From Podarcis vaucheri (taxonomy: Eukaryota), in NCBI GenBank assembly GCA_965113315.1, contig OZ220373.1: a stretch of 64,000 nucleotides of DNA. One strand, written 5' to 3'. This document shows, piece after piece, positions 28,448 to 42,388 of this stretch (the first letter of the stretch is position 1; every line of letters begins with the position of its first letter). Position numbers and translations under genes: made by a program. Under the pieces are notes generated by a model that searched no databases, was not told the DNA's origin, and saw only the letters and a list, made by a program, of their open reading frames with translations.

Positions 28448-31400
28448 TTTTCGTAATTTCCCCGCTTTCCACAGCCTTCTCTCCACCCATCCTTTCCTCA
28501 ACAAACCAGGTAACAAGAGCAATAAATCCAAGCAGGGGGGAAATAAGACAGATTTCCTCATCGATGTGTAATAAAGTTAAAGGACATTGTTTTGTCAGAC
28601 AAGCGCTAAGCAGAAAATAAATCTTAGGGTCTGGGGAAACAAAACGGAATGATGTTGGCGTGTGTGTAAATTTACTTTTAAACGCAATAAATCAATGTTC
28701 ATTTAAACAGCTGGGGAACCCCACCACGGAGCAGGTTTCATGGGTAAGAAAATCTTGTCCAGGCGATAGAGATGAAACCACCCAAAGAGAGCAGCCTTCT
28801 CCCTGCCCTACACACACCCCGCTCCCCCAATATAGTTCTCCTTCTTTCCAAGGAACTTCAAGAGCTGGACAGAGCCCGAAGGAGACAGAGCTGATTTCAG
28901 TGGCCACCATTCTGCCCCGTATTTCCCACGGATCTCACAGAACGGAAAGCTCAGACCTCGGGGGAAAAAGAAATTAGAGGAGGAAGGGGGAACTCTTTTT
29001 CCTTCAGGGAGTTAGGCAAGCAAACACTAGAGCTGGTGGATCGTACCCTTGTGGTTGTTACGACGGGCACGTTCTGAGACCCCTGTTAGTTTCAAGCCAT
29101 GTTAATCTCAAGGATCTGAATGGCCGGGGAGAGGTGGGTGGGGAGGTTTTTTTGGGAAGGATGCAAGGTTAGCTGAGATGTTGAATACTGGGCTTCTAAA
29201 AGGGGAATGTCGAAAGATGCTTGGCCAGTTGAAAGGCGAGTGGGCGCCAGAAGCCTGTTCTGAAGGGTGGGCGCATCTGGAGACAATCTTTCACAGCCCA
29301 GACACTTCACAACAACAGCACAAGAGCGACGGGTGACATTTGGGCTTCTGATACTCCGCAGGAACATTTCTCGAGCAGGTGGCAATAAAGAGCTGTGAAG
29401 GCAAAGGTGCGCCTTATTTGTCTTAGTCGCCTCTTCCTAACCCGCGACGATTTCCACGAAGCCTCGATAATGACTCTCCCTTTATTAGAGAGCCTTCCGC
29501 GCGCTTGCAGAGTGGCAACAATTTCTCTTCCTCACAGTCATTTGGTGTCTTTGTTTAATTTTGCAGAACTAATGTAAACATGGCTTGCAAATACCCAGAG
29601 GTGGATTATTTGGTTTATTCTCTCTGCTCCCCCCCACACACCCTTTCCTCTCCCTCCACCATCCTTTTTTAAAAAAGAAAGAAAGCCACAGAAGATTAAT
29701 CGAACAGCAAAGATTACGAGAATGGAATATGCCCTGCCTTTGTTCTGTAGTCATTCGAAAGGAAGGGCGTTGCTTCCTTTGAGCGACGTGGCCACCGCCT
29801 GGCATCTTAAGTTTGTGAAAATATATTACATCTATTTCACGGAGCGTTTAAACGCCTGCATTTCACCGGACCAGCAAAGCAAGCAAGCAGCCACCAACCA
29901 CCTTGGCTATACTGGGGTGTGGTGGAGATGCAAGGATAGAACAGTCAGGGGACCTGGTGACTTTCGTCCTTTCTGTGCTGCTCAATTGACTTCTCTCACT
30001 CTTTCCCCATCCCTAAAAACGAGAGCTGGAGATAACGAGCAGAGAAAAAGTTATTAAGCGCCTGGCAGGCGCGTGTACTGTACCTCGGTTGTATACATCC
30101 CAGGGACCAGATAGTGCTAGTAATATCTGACCTTGATTAAGGGAAACCTGCCTGTCCTAATACTCAGAAGCGAAGCGCAAACGACACGGAGCCGAATTGC
30201 TCTTTCAGAAGCAGGGAGGGAAAGGGCAGAGCCCTGCGAAACACTGAACGGAGTGCGGATTGTCTGCTGGGGGGGAGGGGGGAGCTCTGCTCAGGTGAAA
30301 CTGACGAGGCAGTGTAAGTTTCCTGCTCAGTCTCTCTCTCGCTTCTCTCTCCCCCCCCCCTTTTTTTCTATGACTGTCCGAAGGGCCTCGCCGATTCCTC
30401 GCCTTTGATTCTCCATTTGTTTGCTAGATGGCGCTGTGTCTCTCAATACATTCCGATTCAGAGCTAAAACGGCCCCTTTTCGTATATCCTCCCCCAGATA
30501 AATCAGATCACCTACCCCCGCTTCGTTCTGCGAGGAACGCACTTTAGTTCCAGCAAAAAATAAAAAGTGCTATTAAATAATGTTAAGAATCATACAGAAT
30601 CATCATATAAATATCCCGATTGAAATAAAAGGCAGCCTGCAAGCAAAATCTGAACTATGGCGTCTTTACTCTCTGCCAATTCATGTTGTAATCATGTTGT
30701 AATCTACTTAATGATTTCCCTCCTTTTTGGTGGCTGGACCAAAATGTAGCTAATTTGTATTTGGGGAAACCTAATAAAAAAAAGCAACACACAACCCGGA
30801 GATTTGATACATGTTTTCATTAGTTGCAGGCAATGTAAATACGCACATGAGATCTAGCTTCACCAGAAATAGAAACTGGTCGTATTAAGTTAGCCTCCTT
30901 GTCACTCTTTCATGAATAGATCAAAACAATTATGAGCGATTTAAAGTGAAAATGCCACAAAATCAAATGTACGTTCTCTTTTTATCTTTTTTTTAAGGTT
31001 TGTAAAGCCTGGGGGTCTGTTTCTGTATCTCCTACAGTCTAAATTTATTCTGCAAAATTACCTTCCGTGTTCTAAATTTATTCATTTCATTAAAGTAAGA
31101 AAACTGTTTAGAAATTTAAAAGCCTCGGTTGTTTCTATTGATTATATGATTAGGGATTCATTATATGGAAACTCCTCTCCTTAGAAAAAGTAATCTGAAA
31201 GTTTTGTATTGACAGGTACATGTATTAGAGTATAAAGTACTTTTAATTTATTATTAATTCCAGATTTCAAATACTATTATTGTGATCATCGTTACGTTTA
31301 TAGAAACAGGAAGAGCGTATTCTTAAGTGTTAAAACAGCAATGCATATTAAAGACGTTCCTTTTTCAGAAGTCATTTTGTTGCATTCTCTTTTCTGGCTC

Positions 31401-31640
31401 AGTTTCTCAGAAATGCAGGTCTTTAACAACAATCACTACCACAGGGGAAGAAAAATAGGCTGGTTTGGTGCGACTCGCAACATTCGATAAATTACATGGT
31501 TGTTATTTCATTTTCTCCCCTTTAGTTAGAGCCTTTGTAAAATCTCAAAGTGTTAGGCTGTAACTAGGAGGCGCTGAAAACCTAAGGCGGAAAATTTACA
31601 ACTTGATCAACTTCAAACCACACACACAGAGAAACACACA

Positions 31641-31685
<45 letters not shown>

Positions 31686-34633
31686 CGCTACAGTTGCAAA
31701 CATATGTTCCGGATTAAGTTAAGCAAACGGGTCTCGTTTTCCAAGGTAGAAAGCTGAGAATGAAATCTTAAATGCTACAGAGTTTGGCTCTTGTTACGGC
31801 TTCACTTGCACCAACATGAACGAATCCCTCTACCTTTCTGGGACATTCCGGTTTTAGGTGCAGCGCCGGCAGAACCTCGCTCTGATTCTCTCCCTCCCTC
31901 CCCTAAAGCAATTCAAAGCGCACAGGTATCTCTTTCAGCAGTTGATCTCTAAAGAGCAGTGCTTTAAAGCAGGCAAGGCTCTTTCCCGTCTTTTGTGGGC
32001 CAGGCAGAACTGCCCATGGAGAAAGAAGCTGGGTTGCCTTGCCTAGTCTTAGGATATGTGCCTCCTCCTCTGAACGCTCTGGGGTCGTCAGCTTAAGCAT
32101 CGTGCGGGTATGAAGGGAAGTAGAGAGTAGCAGAAAGAAACCTCTTTCAGAGAGCCGGTCCTGATGAGCAGGGAGCCACAATTATAATCGTTAATAAGGT
32201 GGGCCGGAGTGTAGCTTCTACTCAATAAGTGTATAGAGTTCATCTGCACATCTGAGGTTCATTTCCATTGAACAGAATAAAGTTTGTCTTGTAGGGGCTG
32301 AAAGTCGAACCCATTATTACAAGGATGCTAGCGAATAAATGTGTGATATATGTATTTGTGCGTGCGTGCTCACACACAGAGAAACTCACACTCACATACT
32401 GTGGCACGTTAAAAGTAAAAAAAAAAAATACTTAGGCTTGAGCACAGATAGATAAACAGGAAAATGACACGCATATATCCACAATCATTCAGTGGGAGAG
32501 AGGCGACAGAAGCAAGACAGAGCTCAGAAGCAGCATCTGGTAGCAGCCCCATGTTTTCAAAACTTCCCTAAATGTAATTACTCTTGAAAATGTTCTTTGT
32601 CAAACTCCGCTATCCCAGTGGACTGTAATGAGGATCCTGCAACTTTATCCCAGGATATTATACCCAAGGAGCTGACTATTTCCCCCCCAAAAAATACCCA
32701 GTAGGCACTTAGGACATTAATGGGTGTCTATTGATTTCCAGAAAACTCTATTGAGGAATCCTTTCATATATCTAAGATATACACGAAACACTTTCATTTC
32801 ACTAGATAGCCCAGGTAGTTTTGACGTTGACAAATGGCCAAAAGACAAGAAAAGTAATTTCAAACGACTTTGAAGGGTTACAAGAGGTAAGAAAGGGGGG
32901 GGGGAGAGAGAGAGTAATATTTTTCAACGCATGTCACGAATAAGAAAAAAGAAAATAATCACAAGGTAAACCATAGCTGGGGAAAATAATTGAGCAGCAA
33001 ATAATTGAAAATGCTTTCATGTTGGACACCCAATCTCTAGTCCCTTTTCTCTTTCCCCTTTCTAAGATTCCATTATTTTCTATATGCCTCCCATTAAAAG
33101 TTATTTTTAAGATTACTAACACGGACATGCACTCGCTAAATTGTTCAGGATATGTTCAGGATATGTATGTTCAGAATAATGGAGGTGGGGGAGACACAAA
33201 GCAAAATTACCAGAAGAAAGAGGATTTCGTAAGAACTGAGATGAGAAGGTTTAATGCAGGATTGACAAAAGGGATTTTTTGTTAGTCAGTGAGGCTCACG
33301 CTCCGGAGAAACCTAATATCCTAATATAGATCAAAGAAAGGAGCAAATATTTAATACCGAAGGTGAGCTGCCTCGAAACACAAATCCTTCCCCCTCTTAA
33401 ATATGCAGACATCTAACTTTCACTCGGCCAATTAGTTGTCAATAAGAATAAGAATAACAATAATACAAAACTGGTTTATAGTAACATTGCTCACTACAAC
33501 AATGTCTGAATTATGGTCTGGAATCAATTCGACTACTGATCAGAAAGCTATCAGTATCCACGCTATAAAATATCCTGGTTAGATAGAAGATACCACGAAT
33601 TAAAAAAAATAAAAATAAAATACCACGGTGATCTTCACTTTCCCCAAATCAGAAGCGTGCAACAGGTTATTCCTCTGAAAGTTTAATTCCTAACCGTTCT
33701 GCCTCGGGTTCCCTGTTACAAAAAACGAAAGCGGCCCCCTCCGCCTACCCAGGGCCGGTTGGCTAGCTGGGGGGAGCGAGTGGACCCTTTCCTTGGACTT
33801 TTTGTGGGTGCAAATGAAGATCAAGCAGAGAAAACAGAATTCCCCCTACGAAGCTGCTCTATAGAGAACAGTGAAAACGGTGGTGCGCGTGAGCCGAACC
33901 GACTACAGGTGGGTCGAGAAGAAGGGATTCCATTTAATCCATCGTAACACGAATAAGGGGTCGTGATGACGAAAAGGGGGTTCGAGGTTTCCCTCGTGAA
34001 CTTGCAGGCAAAGTTAATCCTGAAAACAGAATAATTTGACTCGGACGTTGGAACGAACCCTTTTAATAAGCGAACTATGTTCTCCACAAGCTAGCAGAGA
34101 GAAGGCAGCGGTTTCTTTCATTTGCGGGGAGGAAAATAACCCTCAAATAACCCTGTTGTGGATATCTAAATATCCGTTTCCATGAATCTGGCTCATGATC
34201 CGTAATAGTATTTAATATTAGTAAGAGCACTGGGCTATAACTTTGCTCTCCTAATGCCCCAAAGCCATTCCAGTAAGTTCCTTCCCAATAACTCAAAAGC
34301 AGGGAGGTCTGTAACTCCTCGCTGTCGTTGCTCAGCTGGGACTGGGGGCATTTATATTAAGGGAAAGCCAGGAAATCCTTAGCTATCCAACTTGCTCACC
34401 CCCCCCCTTTACCCCTTTTTGTAGTTTTGGACGGATCGGGGAAGCAAATGGGAAGGAATCGGATCTCTCAGCAAAAGAAGGCAGAGCGAGAACATTTTAA
34501 TGAGCAAAGAGCATCTTGTTGCATTTAAATAGCGAACAAGTAAATAGCTTGACTTTACAAGCTTGCAAGGCTGCAAGTTGTTTGCTAAAATGACAGGGAT
34601 GTGATCAAAGAGGAAGAAAAAAGAGACATTATT

Positions 34634-34683
<50 letters not shown>

Positions 34684-37600
34684 TGCGCATAACTTGAATT
34701 AAAGGATGCGGAGACTGAGAGAGGGCTTAAAGTCCCGACGATCACAGCAGGTGGCGGGTCTGGAAGGGGGAAGTTGAAGGGAGGTAAAGTTACGGGGTTG
34801 AGACGCGCAGACTGGCCGACCCTTTAGCAAAGCGGGGAGGGTGGAGAGGGAGAAAGGGAGGGCTGCCAGGCTCTTAGGGCTCGGGCTCTGGGGTGCCTCT
34901 CCCGAGGCTGCAATTAACCAGCTGCCTGGCAGTCAGTGGGGTTGCATCGAGTAGGCGCGCATCAAAGAAGGGAAGCGGATCTGCTTTGCAACCAACCAGG
35001 AGGACCTCAGATCCCCGCCCCCACCAGTATCGCCTCAGTATAGCCAAGGGAAAGATGAAGATCGCATGGGAAGGGGGAAATGGCATGCACGCATCCCCGC
35101 AATGAGAGAGAGAGAGAGAGAGGAGGAGGAGGAGGAGGGGGAGGGGGAGGTCTGGTTCTGGGCAAAGCTGGAAACCAAGGATGGGCAATGCGGGAATCTT
35201 GGCGGAAGGAGCTTAGGGAGAGGATAGAGGATGAAAACGAAATCGGGGGCCTGCGGGCAGTGCCATCAGACCAGGGCAGTGGAATCGGACCAGAAGAGCA
35301 CATGAGGTGGGAAGTCCTGAGTAGGGGGCATAAATGCATGGTTAACTCTCCTTGCTTCAAGGGAGATGAGAGGAAGCGCGGAGCAGGCGGGATTCAGGAT
35401 ACAAAAACGTCGTCTCTGAGAGCGAGGTCTTCCGCAGCCTGCTCCAGGCTTGTTTAGGGCGAGGGCAGCTCAGAACTAGGAGCTGTCCATGGTGCTACAG
35501 AGAGTGGATGGCGCAAACCCAGCTCCGCTCCGATTTCTCGGGTTCCCTGGCAGAGAGACTGTCACAGCCTCAGTTGCTCTATCAAGGGGTTCCCAATTCG
35601 CACCCCCACCCCAGCCTGGTAAAAGTTTGGACACCTTCCCGCGGCTGACATGGTTTCTCTATTTTCTAAATCTTAACAGCCCAACTTGGGAGGCTCAGAA
35701 AACACCCGTATCATAACTTCCCACCCACTTTGGAAGCTGAAGGACTGAGTCGTTATCTTCCAACTTGCTTCCAAGAAGCAGATTAACATGGAGACCTGAT
35801 CCTGATTCTTTAACACACTGAGCTTTAAGGGAAAGCAAGGGTGAAATGAGAGATTCAGCAGGGCTAAACCGAGGGTTCCAGGGTTCCAGATTTCTTAGGT
35901 ATCCTTTAAAGTGGCTTTAAGATGTGCAGATAGAGATGCCCGAATGAACACATGGTCAGCGATCCATGAAGCAGCCATTACGTCTTTCTTTATCCTCTTT
36001 TTTCTAGTCTATCTCTCTGTTAGCAGAAAAGCTACTCTGATTTGTGCCAAAGATCAGGAAAGTCGCACAGGAGTTAAATCGACGTTACTAATTAACGGGC
36101 TCTCAAGGTTCCCCTAGTTAGAAGAATTAATTAGGATGCAAAAGCAAACTTTTTAAGATAAAGCCCTGCACCTATATTTAGGAAACGGAAAGTGAATTAA
36201 CCAACTGGTTAATAACTGAGGGACAAGCCCAAACTTTTTTAAAGAACAAAAAAGTTCGAGGAGAAAGAGGAGGTCCGCGCGCGCACCCAGCCTCCAAACA
36301 CTTGCACGTGAAGTTATTAGATACGATGTTACCCGCAAGATGCTTCTTAACTTGTCTTAAGTAGGAGTAAATCGCAGGTGGAACTGGGGCGAAATTAAGA
36401 CTGGTGTGCGCTCCTTCTGGGTCTAGGGAACCCGTTCAAGGAATTCATTAAACGCAGAAGCAAAGAAATATCTCTCATATTTTACTCTTTGTTCAGTCGA
36501 GGTGATCCGAAGGGGCAGTAGACATTGCACTGGGTGGGTCGAAGCTCTGCTCTACTGTTCCCCCACAGGGGGAATTCGAAAGCAAAAGTTAGACGATGGG
36601 CGTGAGATGACCTTTTTGGGAGGGGGCAGAAGGGATTATGCGGAAGGAAGAGTGAAAATTATCCCCCCCCCCAGCCAAGCAGGGCCTTTCCTTTCAAGCC
36701 TCGCAGGTCCAGCCGGGAGTGGCGAGCCGGGAGCTGCTGACCGGTCTCCGGGAAAGTCGTTCTCGTCACCTGACTTCCACAGAGACCCAGGCATGTCGGG
36801 GCTGCAGGGAGAGCCTGGGAGGCAGGGGACCCTCTCATGGAGAAGCTAGCAAAACCTCGGCCGTCGGGGCGAGCGACCTGCTCCCTTTCCCCCCGGAAGC
36901 CGGGCCAGAGGCAGAGGGAACAGGAGGCAGGCTGGCCCTGAGCTCTCCAGAGCCGTCCCCTTTCGCGCCGTGAATATTCGCCTGTTGGCTTCTCCCTCTC
37001 CAGTTCCCTGCTCTTCTTTTGAAGTTTCCCTCTTGTGAGGAGGAATGTCAGATGTTACTCCTCCAGCTGAGAGAGCCCGCATTCGCCGGGGAGGTGAAGA
37101 GGCGAGGGCTTTTCTCTCCTTCTTCCCCCAGATTATTCTCATTTGATGCTCTGAAGGGGAAGAAGGCGATCACCGGCCTTTTCATCCCGGGCGCGGCCAG
37201 CTCTCGTGGCGACTCCGGCCAAACCACCGCGGCTCCTTCCTGGGCCCAGAGGCTGCTTTGGCGGCGGGACAGGCACAACTCCTGTCGGCTCCAAATATCC
37301 AGCCTGCTCCCTTGCTCGAGGTTCGGGCTTAATCGTCCTCAGCCAAAGCTTAGTAAAGATCATGGGAAATGTCCTACTTTCTCATCCCTTCGCCTCATTT
37401 TAGTTTTAAGTCACTTGCAGAAGAAGGACTCCGAATTCAGTTCCCCCAATGAAGGGGGACCAGCAGATCCCCAGGATGGATTTCCTGCTCCGAGCTCAAC
37501 TCCCACCCCCAGCCCCGCGACACACACTTTCCACATTTTACCCCACAGGAATTTCCCGCCTGTTCTGCAGCCTCCTGAGTCAAGTGGGTGTTTTTTCTCT

Positions 37601-38914
37601 CGCCTGTCCTTCTGGCTTGTGATCACTCCTAAATCCATTCTTCGCTCCAACCATGCACGTTGATCACATTCCAAAATGATGGGGCCTCCCACGGATTTGG
37701 GTGCATTCAAGGACCAGAACAAATCCCGTTGCGAGGCTGGGGGTGATTAAGCTAGTCTTTACGTTTATTTTAAATATGATAGATCGATAGATTAGATGGC
37801 TTATACCCTCCCATCCCATCACTGATAAATGGAAGGAAAGCGGGATCCCAGCTTTAAACCCATGAGTTGTATATGGGACTCAAACAACACGAACAATCCT
37901 ATTTGGGGATCCGAGTGGGTCTGCGGGCCCTTTTTTGCTGCGAATGGGATTTAGGCTGCAATCCGGGACCCACTTTACTGGGAGTAAGCCCCGCTGAACG
38001 CTCAACATACACGTATAGGATTGGCCCCTTACAGTATTTGGAGCAGGCAACTGTCAACACGCATAGGCGCTTCTTTTTGGAAATCTACTTTGAAGTGACG
38101 CTCGAGGGTCTCTGCCCCCGCCTCGCTCTCCCCAGATCTACGTGTTAATCTCTGGTTTCCCCCTTCAAACAGAATTCAGTTACAAAGAGCTTGGAAAGAT
38201 TTTGCATCTATTGANNNNNNNNNNNNNNNNNNNNNNNNNNNNNNNNNNNNNNNNNNNNNNNNNNNNNNNNNNNNNNNNNNNNNNNNNNNNNNNNNNNNNN
38301 NNNNNNNNNNNNNNNNNNNNNNNNNNNNNNNNNNNNNNNNNNNNNNNNNNNNNNNNNNNNNNNNNNNNNNNNNNNNNNNNNNNNNNNNNNNNNNNNNNNN
38401 NNNNNNNNNNNNNNNNNNNNCAAACACACGCAATCCGAAACTGGAAAGAAAAGTGGAAAATGTGGGGGATTAGGAGCAATGACAGCGTTTGCAAAGTTTG
38501 GGGAAGTTCTTTTTTCACACTTTGGGGGACCTAAGTCAACAATTAGCGTGATCTGTCTATCAGATACACACAGAAATACACTCCGCATCCTTTAACAGGT
38601 TACTTTAACTTCATCGGGAATAGAAATTCGAGCGCAGGCACACAGACTGCCGTCGTCTTATATGACAGCTTTCAATTGTACTTGTGAATTGGTTCCTGGG
38701 GGGGGAGGGGGGAGAATAAGTGCGCTTCCTCTGAGAAAAGAAATATTTAAACGTCCCACTTTAGTTGATTAGGAATCCACGTCAACTTATGTATTAGAAT
38801 GAAGGTACTAAGCTGCATAAAAGGACCTTGCGGCATGCACAGAAACTCTCTTTCTCATGAACCCAAACAGAGTTTTACTTTAAAAGGACAGATACTAGCC
38901 AGGGGCCTGTCGAC

Positions 38915-39000
38915 CTTATTTGTTCATCTGTAAAATGGGAAAATTTTCTCAGGAAGAAACTTCACGGGGTTATTGGGCGGTTAACAAATAATACGTTTGG
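38915..39000 (+). mobile_element. MIR/CORE-SINE-like fragment
   Basis: TCATCTGTAAAATGGGA...TTCACGGGGTTATTGGGCGGTTAACAAATAAT resembles the MIR core (CTCATCTGTAAAATGGGGATAATA...CTCATAGGGTTGTTGTGAGGATTAAATGA). Confidence 0.6.
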
Positions 39001-39742
39001 TTAAAAGGAGACGGGGGTCCTGCAGAAATAAATCCTGGGATTATATACTACAGATAGATATAGAGATATGGAGATATGGATACAGGCCCGCCCAACCAGG
39101 AGTTGAAACCCGGTGCAACCTTTGATGGTAAACAGATCCTCTTAGCCGGCAAAACTAGAGCCCCATAGTCAGAATGTGTTCATAACTGTCCGTTCAGCTG
39201 CTTTGGTGCAAAACTGGAACATTCTTACAGGTGCTTTGCCTAGTCAAAGTAGAATGGAAAGTAAGAGCTTGTTCCACCTTCCTTTCGCGTTGCCCCTCTT
39301 CATTCGCTCCATCCAGAGTTCGGCGTAACTACGAACTGGTCCAGTTGTATCGATTCTCACTCTCTCTCCTTTAAGGCATTACAGATCTTTGGCACTAAAC
39401 TTGTTCTAAAACCTATAGCGGGGTGTGTGTTGGTGTTTCCTGGGCTCCAGCTACAGTACTTCACTGTCCCAAGTGAAAGATCCCGGTTCTATCCTGACAG
39501 CCTTGCCCCCTGGCTCATTCTTTACCAGGAACAATCCTCTGCCTTAGCCTCCACCCCTCCCCGGACTGCCGGAGCTCTGTTTCAGCCGAGCGGGCTTAGC
39601 CCAGATTTATGGTAACTCCTCAAGACATCAGCTTGTGAACAGACTAGCGGTGTGAAACTTGGAGCCACCAATCCAAGGAGGAATCAATTAAACCAACCAT
39701 TCGGTCATTAATTCCTCCCAAGTGTGTTTTAAAGGAGATCGT

Positions 39743-39772
39743 TGCTACTGCTACTGCTACTGCTACTGCTAC
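39743..39772. repeat. (TGCTAC)5 hexanucleotide repeat
   Basis: Seen directly. Confidence 0.95.
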
Positions 39773-41959
39773 ACAGCTCAGGTGCCGAGCTAAAAGCTAA
39801 AATGCTTCAAGGGTGTGGGTGTGTTTCAGATATTTTGCACCACTGTCCCTCGACTGGGAGGTACACCCCCAGTCACATACGCACGATCACAGTTTAATGC
39901 TGCTACAGTCTATAGCTGACTCTCTTACTTTTCCTAGAGTAATGAAGGCCTGGAAGAGGAGGGGATGCCAAGGGTCATTCGGGTGTAGTGGGATTCGTCC
40001 ATTCTCCAGGGCCCACGAATTATATTCATGGAAAGCAGTTAAGAGACCTCCTTTGCAGTGGAGGGAAAATCTCTAGTCAGCAGCAGCAGCAGCAGCAGCA
40101 GCAAGGAGGGACAGGATTCCTCGCATTTCTGGGTCAGAATGTGCACTGACTTGGATGGGGAAGCTTTTAGCTCAGGCCCACCTTGGCAGATATAAAGGAC
40201 ATGCAAGTCCCCCGTCCCCCCGCCAGAAGTAGTCAGGTTCGGTTTGGGAGCTAAGTTTTGATCAGGCTTAGCCCAGCAGACACAGAGTGGAGTCCATTGC
40301 ACCAGGCATCCAGAATCACAGAAGCCACCAAAAAGGTTCCCAGCTCCCCTTTTTCCATCAGATCCTGGAGCTACACAGCTCTCCCACCCCGTTAGTCCCA
40401 TCCCAGCGCTTGGGCAGCAAACGCCCACTTGGAGGTCCTGCCCGGCTTGTCCTTTATCAAATATCCTGTAGGTCGATTTGGAGGTTTTTTAATCGATTTG
40501 ACCCATTAGTAGGTAAGATTCAAATGCACACCAGAGAGCAGCGTGTCCAGAAAGGGCAGACTGCATAGCGGCGCTGGCTGGGAGTGAGCAGGGTCCCACG
40601 TGGTCGAAAGAAAGAAATAAGAACTGTGCAGGTCACGTGAAGGCTGCAATCCTATCTCCACTTACCTTCGAGAGAGCCTCATCCAACTCAGTGGGAGTAA
40701 GACTGACTTCCTGACATGTCTGGGATGGATGGCTTAGAGCGAAATTCTATACAACAGGTCTCCTGTGAACTAGGTACTATTGTTCTCCAGGTAACCCTTC
40801 TTAGAACTGGACCCATTGCTAGAAGTCCCGGTCCAGGAGTCCGCACTTCAGAAGGAGCTTCTCCTCTGTAACCTCAGGAAACTAGGCTAGCTGGGTGGGG
40901 GGAGGGCTATTCCTCTGGGGAAGGGTCTTGGCCCTTCCTCTGGTGCCATCCATGTAAAAAGGTCTAGTGATTTCCGCCCCCAGGATGCCCCCTTTCCCAG
41001 CTTCTCCCACTTTCTAACGCCAGCAAGGTGCAATAAGAGGACAGTTGTGCAAGGAAGGAAAGCCACTCTTCCTTGGTTGGGGCTGGCAAGCCTTAAGCGC
41101 CTTCCTAGAAAAGACCAGCGATGGCTCCAAGAGGAAAATGAACGAGCCTCATCCCATGCAGGCATCCCTTGAAAGACCCCTTGATTTGAACTGGGGAGAA
41201 GCCCATGTATGACCCTAAAAATGCTTCATAATTTGCTGCTGGGGACTTTAGCAGACGCGTGAAAGGTGTGGAGATTTTTATACATGGTAGAATTTATGGC
41301 TCGGATGAAATAAACGCTAAACTGGGAAAGCTCAAGCCCCGGAACCTTTGCTGGACGCCACACAACACTTTCGAAGGTTTTCTTTTTCTTTTTTGGCCTT
41401 TGCACTCATATACGCAGGTACTGGGGGTGCAGCCCCTCGGAACTTACTGGCGCCTTGTTTTGGGTAAGCGTGAATGGGGCCGAGCTGCATCACAGGCGAT
41501 TTTTTTTTTTTTTGTCAAAAGCTGGGGATATAATTTGTTTGGATAAAATGGTTCCTAAACATACCCTCCGCAATACCCATTCGCAGGCATTCCCATGCAC
41601 TGTGGTGTCCGATTCATCCTTTCGCTCTATATGTGCCTTTCCTCCCCAGCCCTTTTAACAGCAAGCGCGATTTCCCCCGCCTCGCATTTTTGGAAGGCCT
41701 TGGATATTCGTAAACACGTTCAGAGGCCACGCAAATAATTCCCAGTCTTAAACGGCCCAGGTGGAGGAAGATCTTTCTTTCGCGGCTCGCTCTGCTGAGG
41801 GGAAACCGAGTCAGAGAGATCCTTCCTGGAAGCTGCTGCGCTCCCCTTGCTCCTGGCAAACGGGTTTTGTCCGGCCAGCAGCAAATGAACATCCCTTTGA
41901 GTTGTTGCGCCTGGCACAGTTGCTTAACAAGACCAGAGACAAGAAAGTCACACCCGCAT

Positions 41960-42353
41960 TTTAAAAGAGAAACCATTTTTTTATTGGTTCAGTGTAAACA
42001 GAAAGAGACAACCCTTTGAACAGCTCCCTGTGTGCTTTACAGTTGGGTCCAGAAGCAGCGAGAACACAACCCAGGCAACGGCACGAGATACAGAGCAAGG
42101 GGCTGGTGGGACCACACCGGAAGGAGTAGAAACCTCAACCGTGACACTTTGGAGAGGAGGAAAAAACTCATTTGGTGAGATTTGGCACTTTGCAGAGCCC
42201 TAGAGGCTTTCACAAAAGACAGGGTAAGGTCTAAGGGTTGCTGTGGGAAAAGCCCACAAGATCACAGCTAAGGAAAGAAAAAGCATGGATAAGAAAAAAG
42301 ACCAGGTCGACCGTCTACCACCCTGAAGCTGACGTTAAGGTGGGCCCAGGTGG

Positions 42354-42388
<35 letters not shown>

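Noticed and set aside
37019-37663. 214-aa plus-strand ORF
   Set aside because: Non-ATG start in GC-rich intergenic DNA; no recognisable motif.
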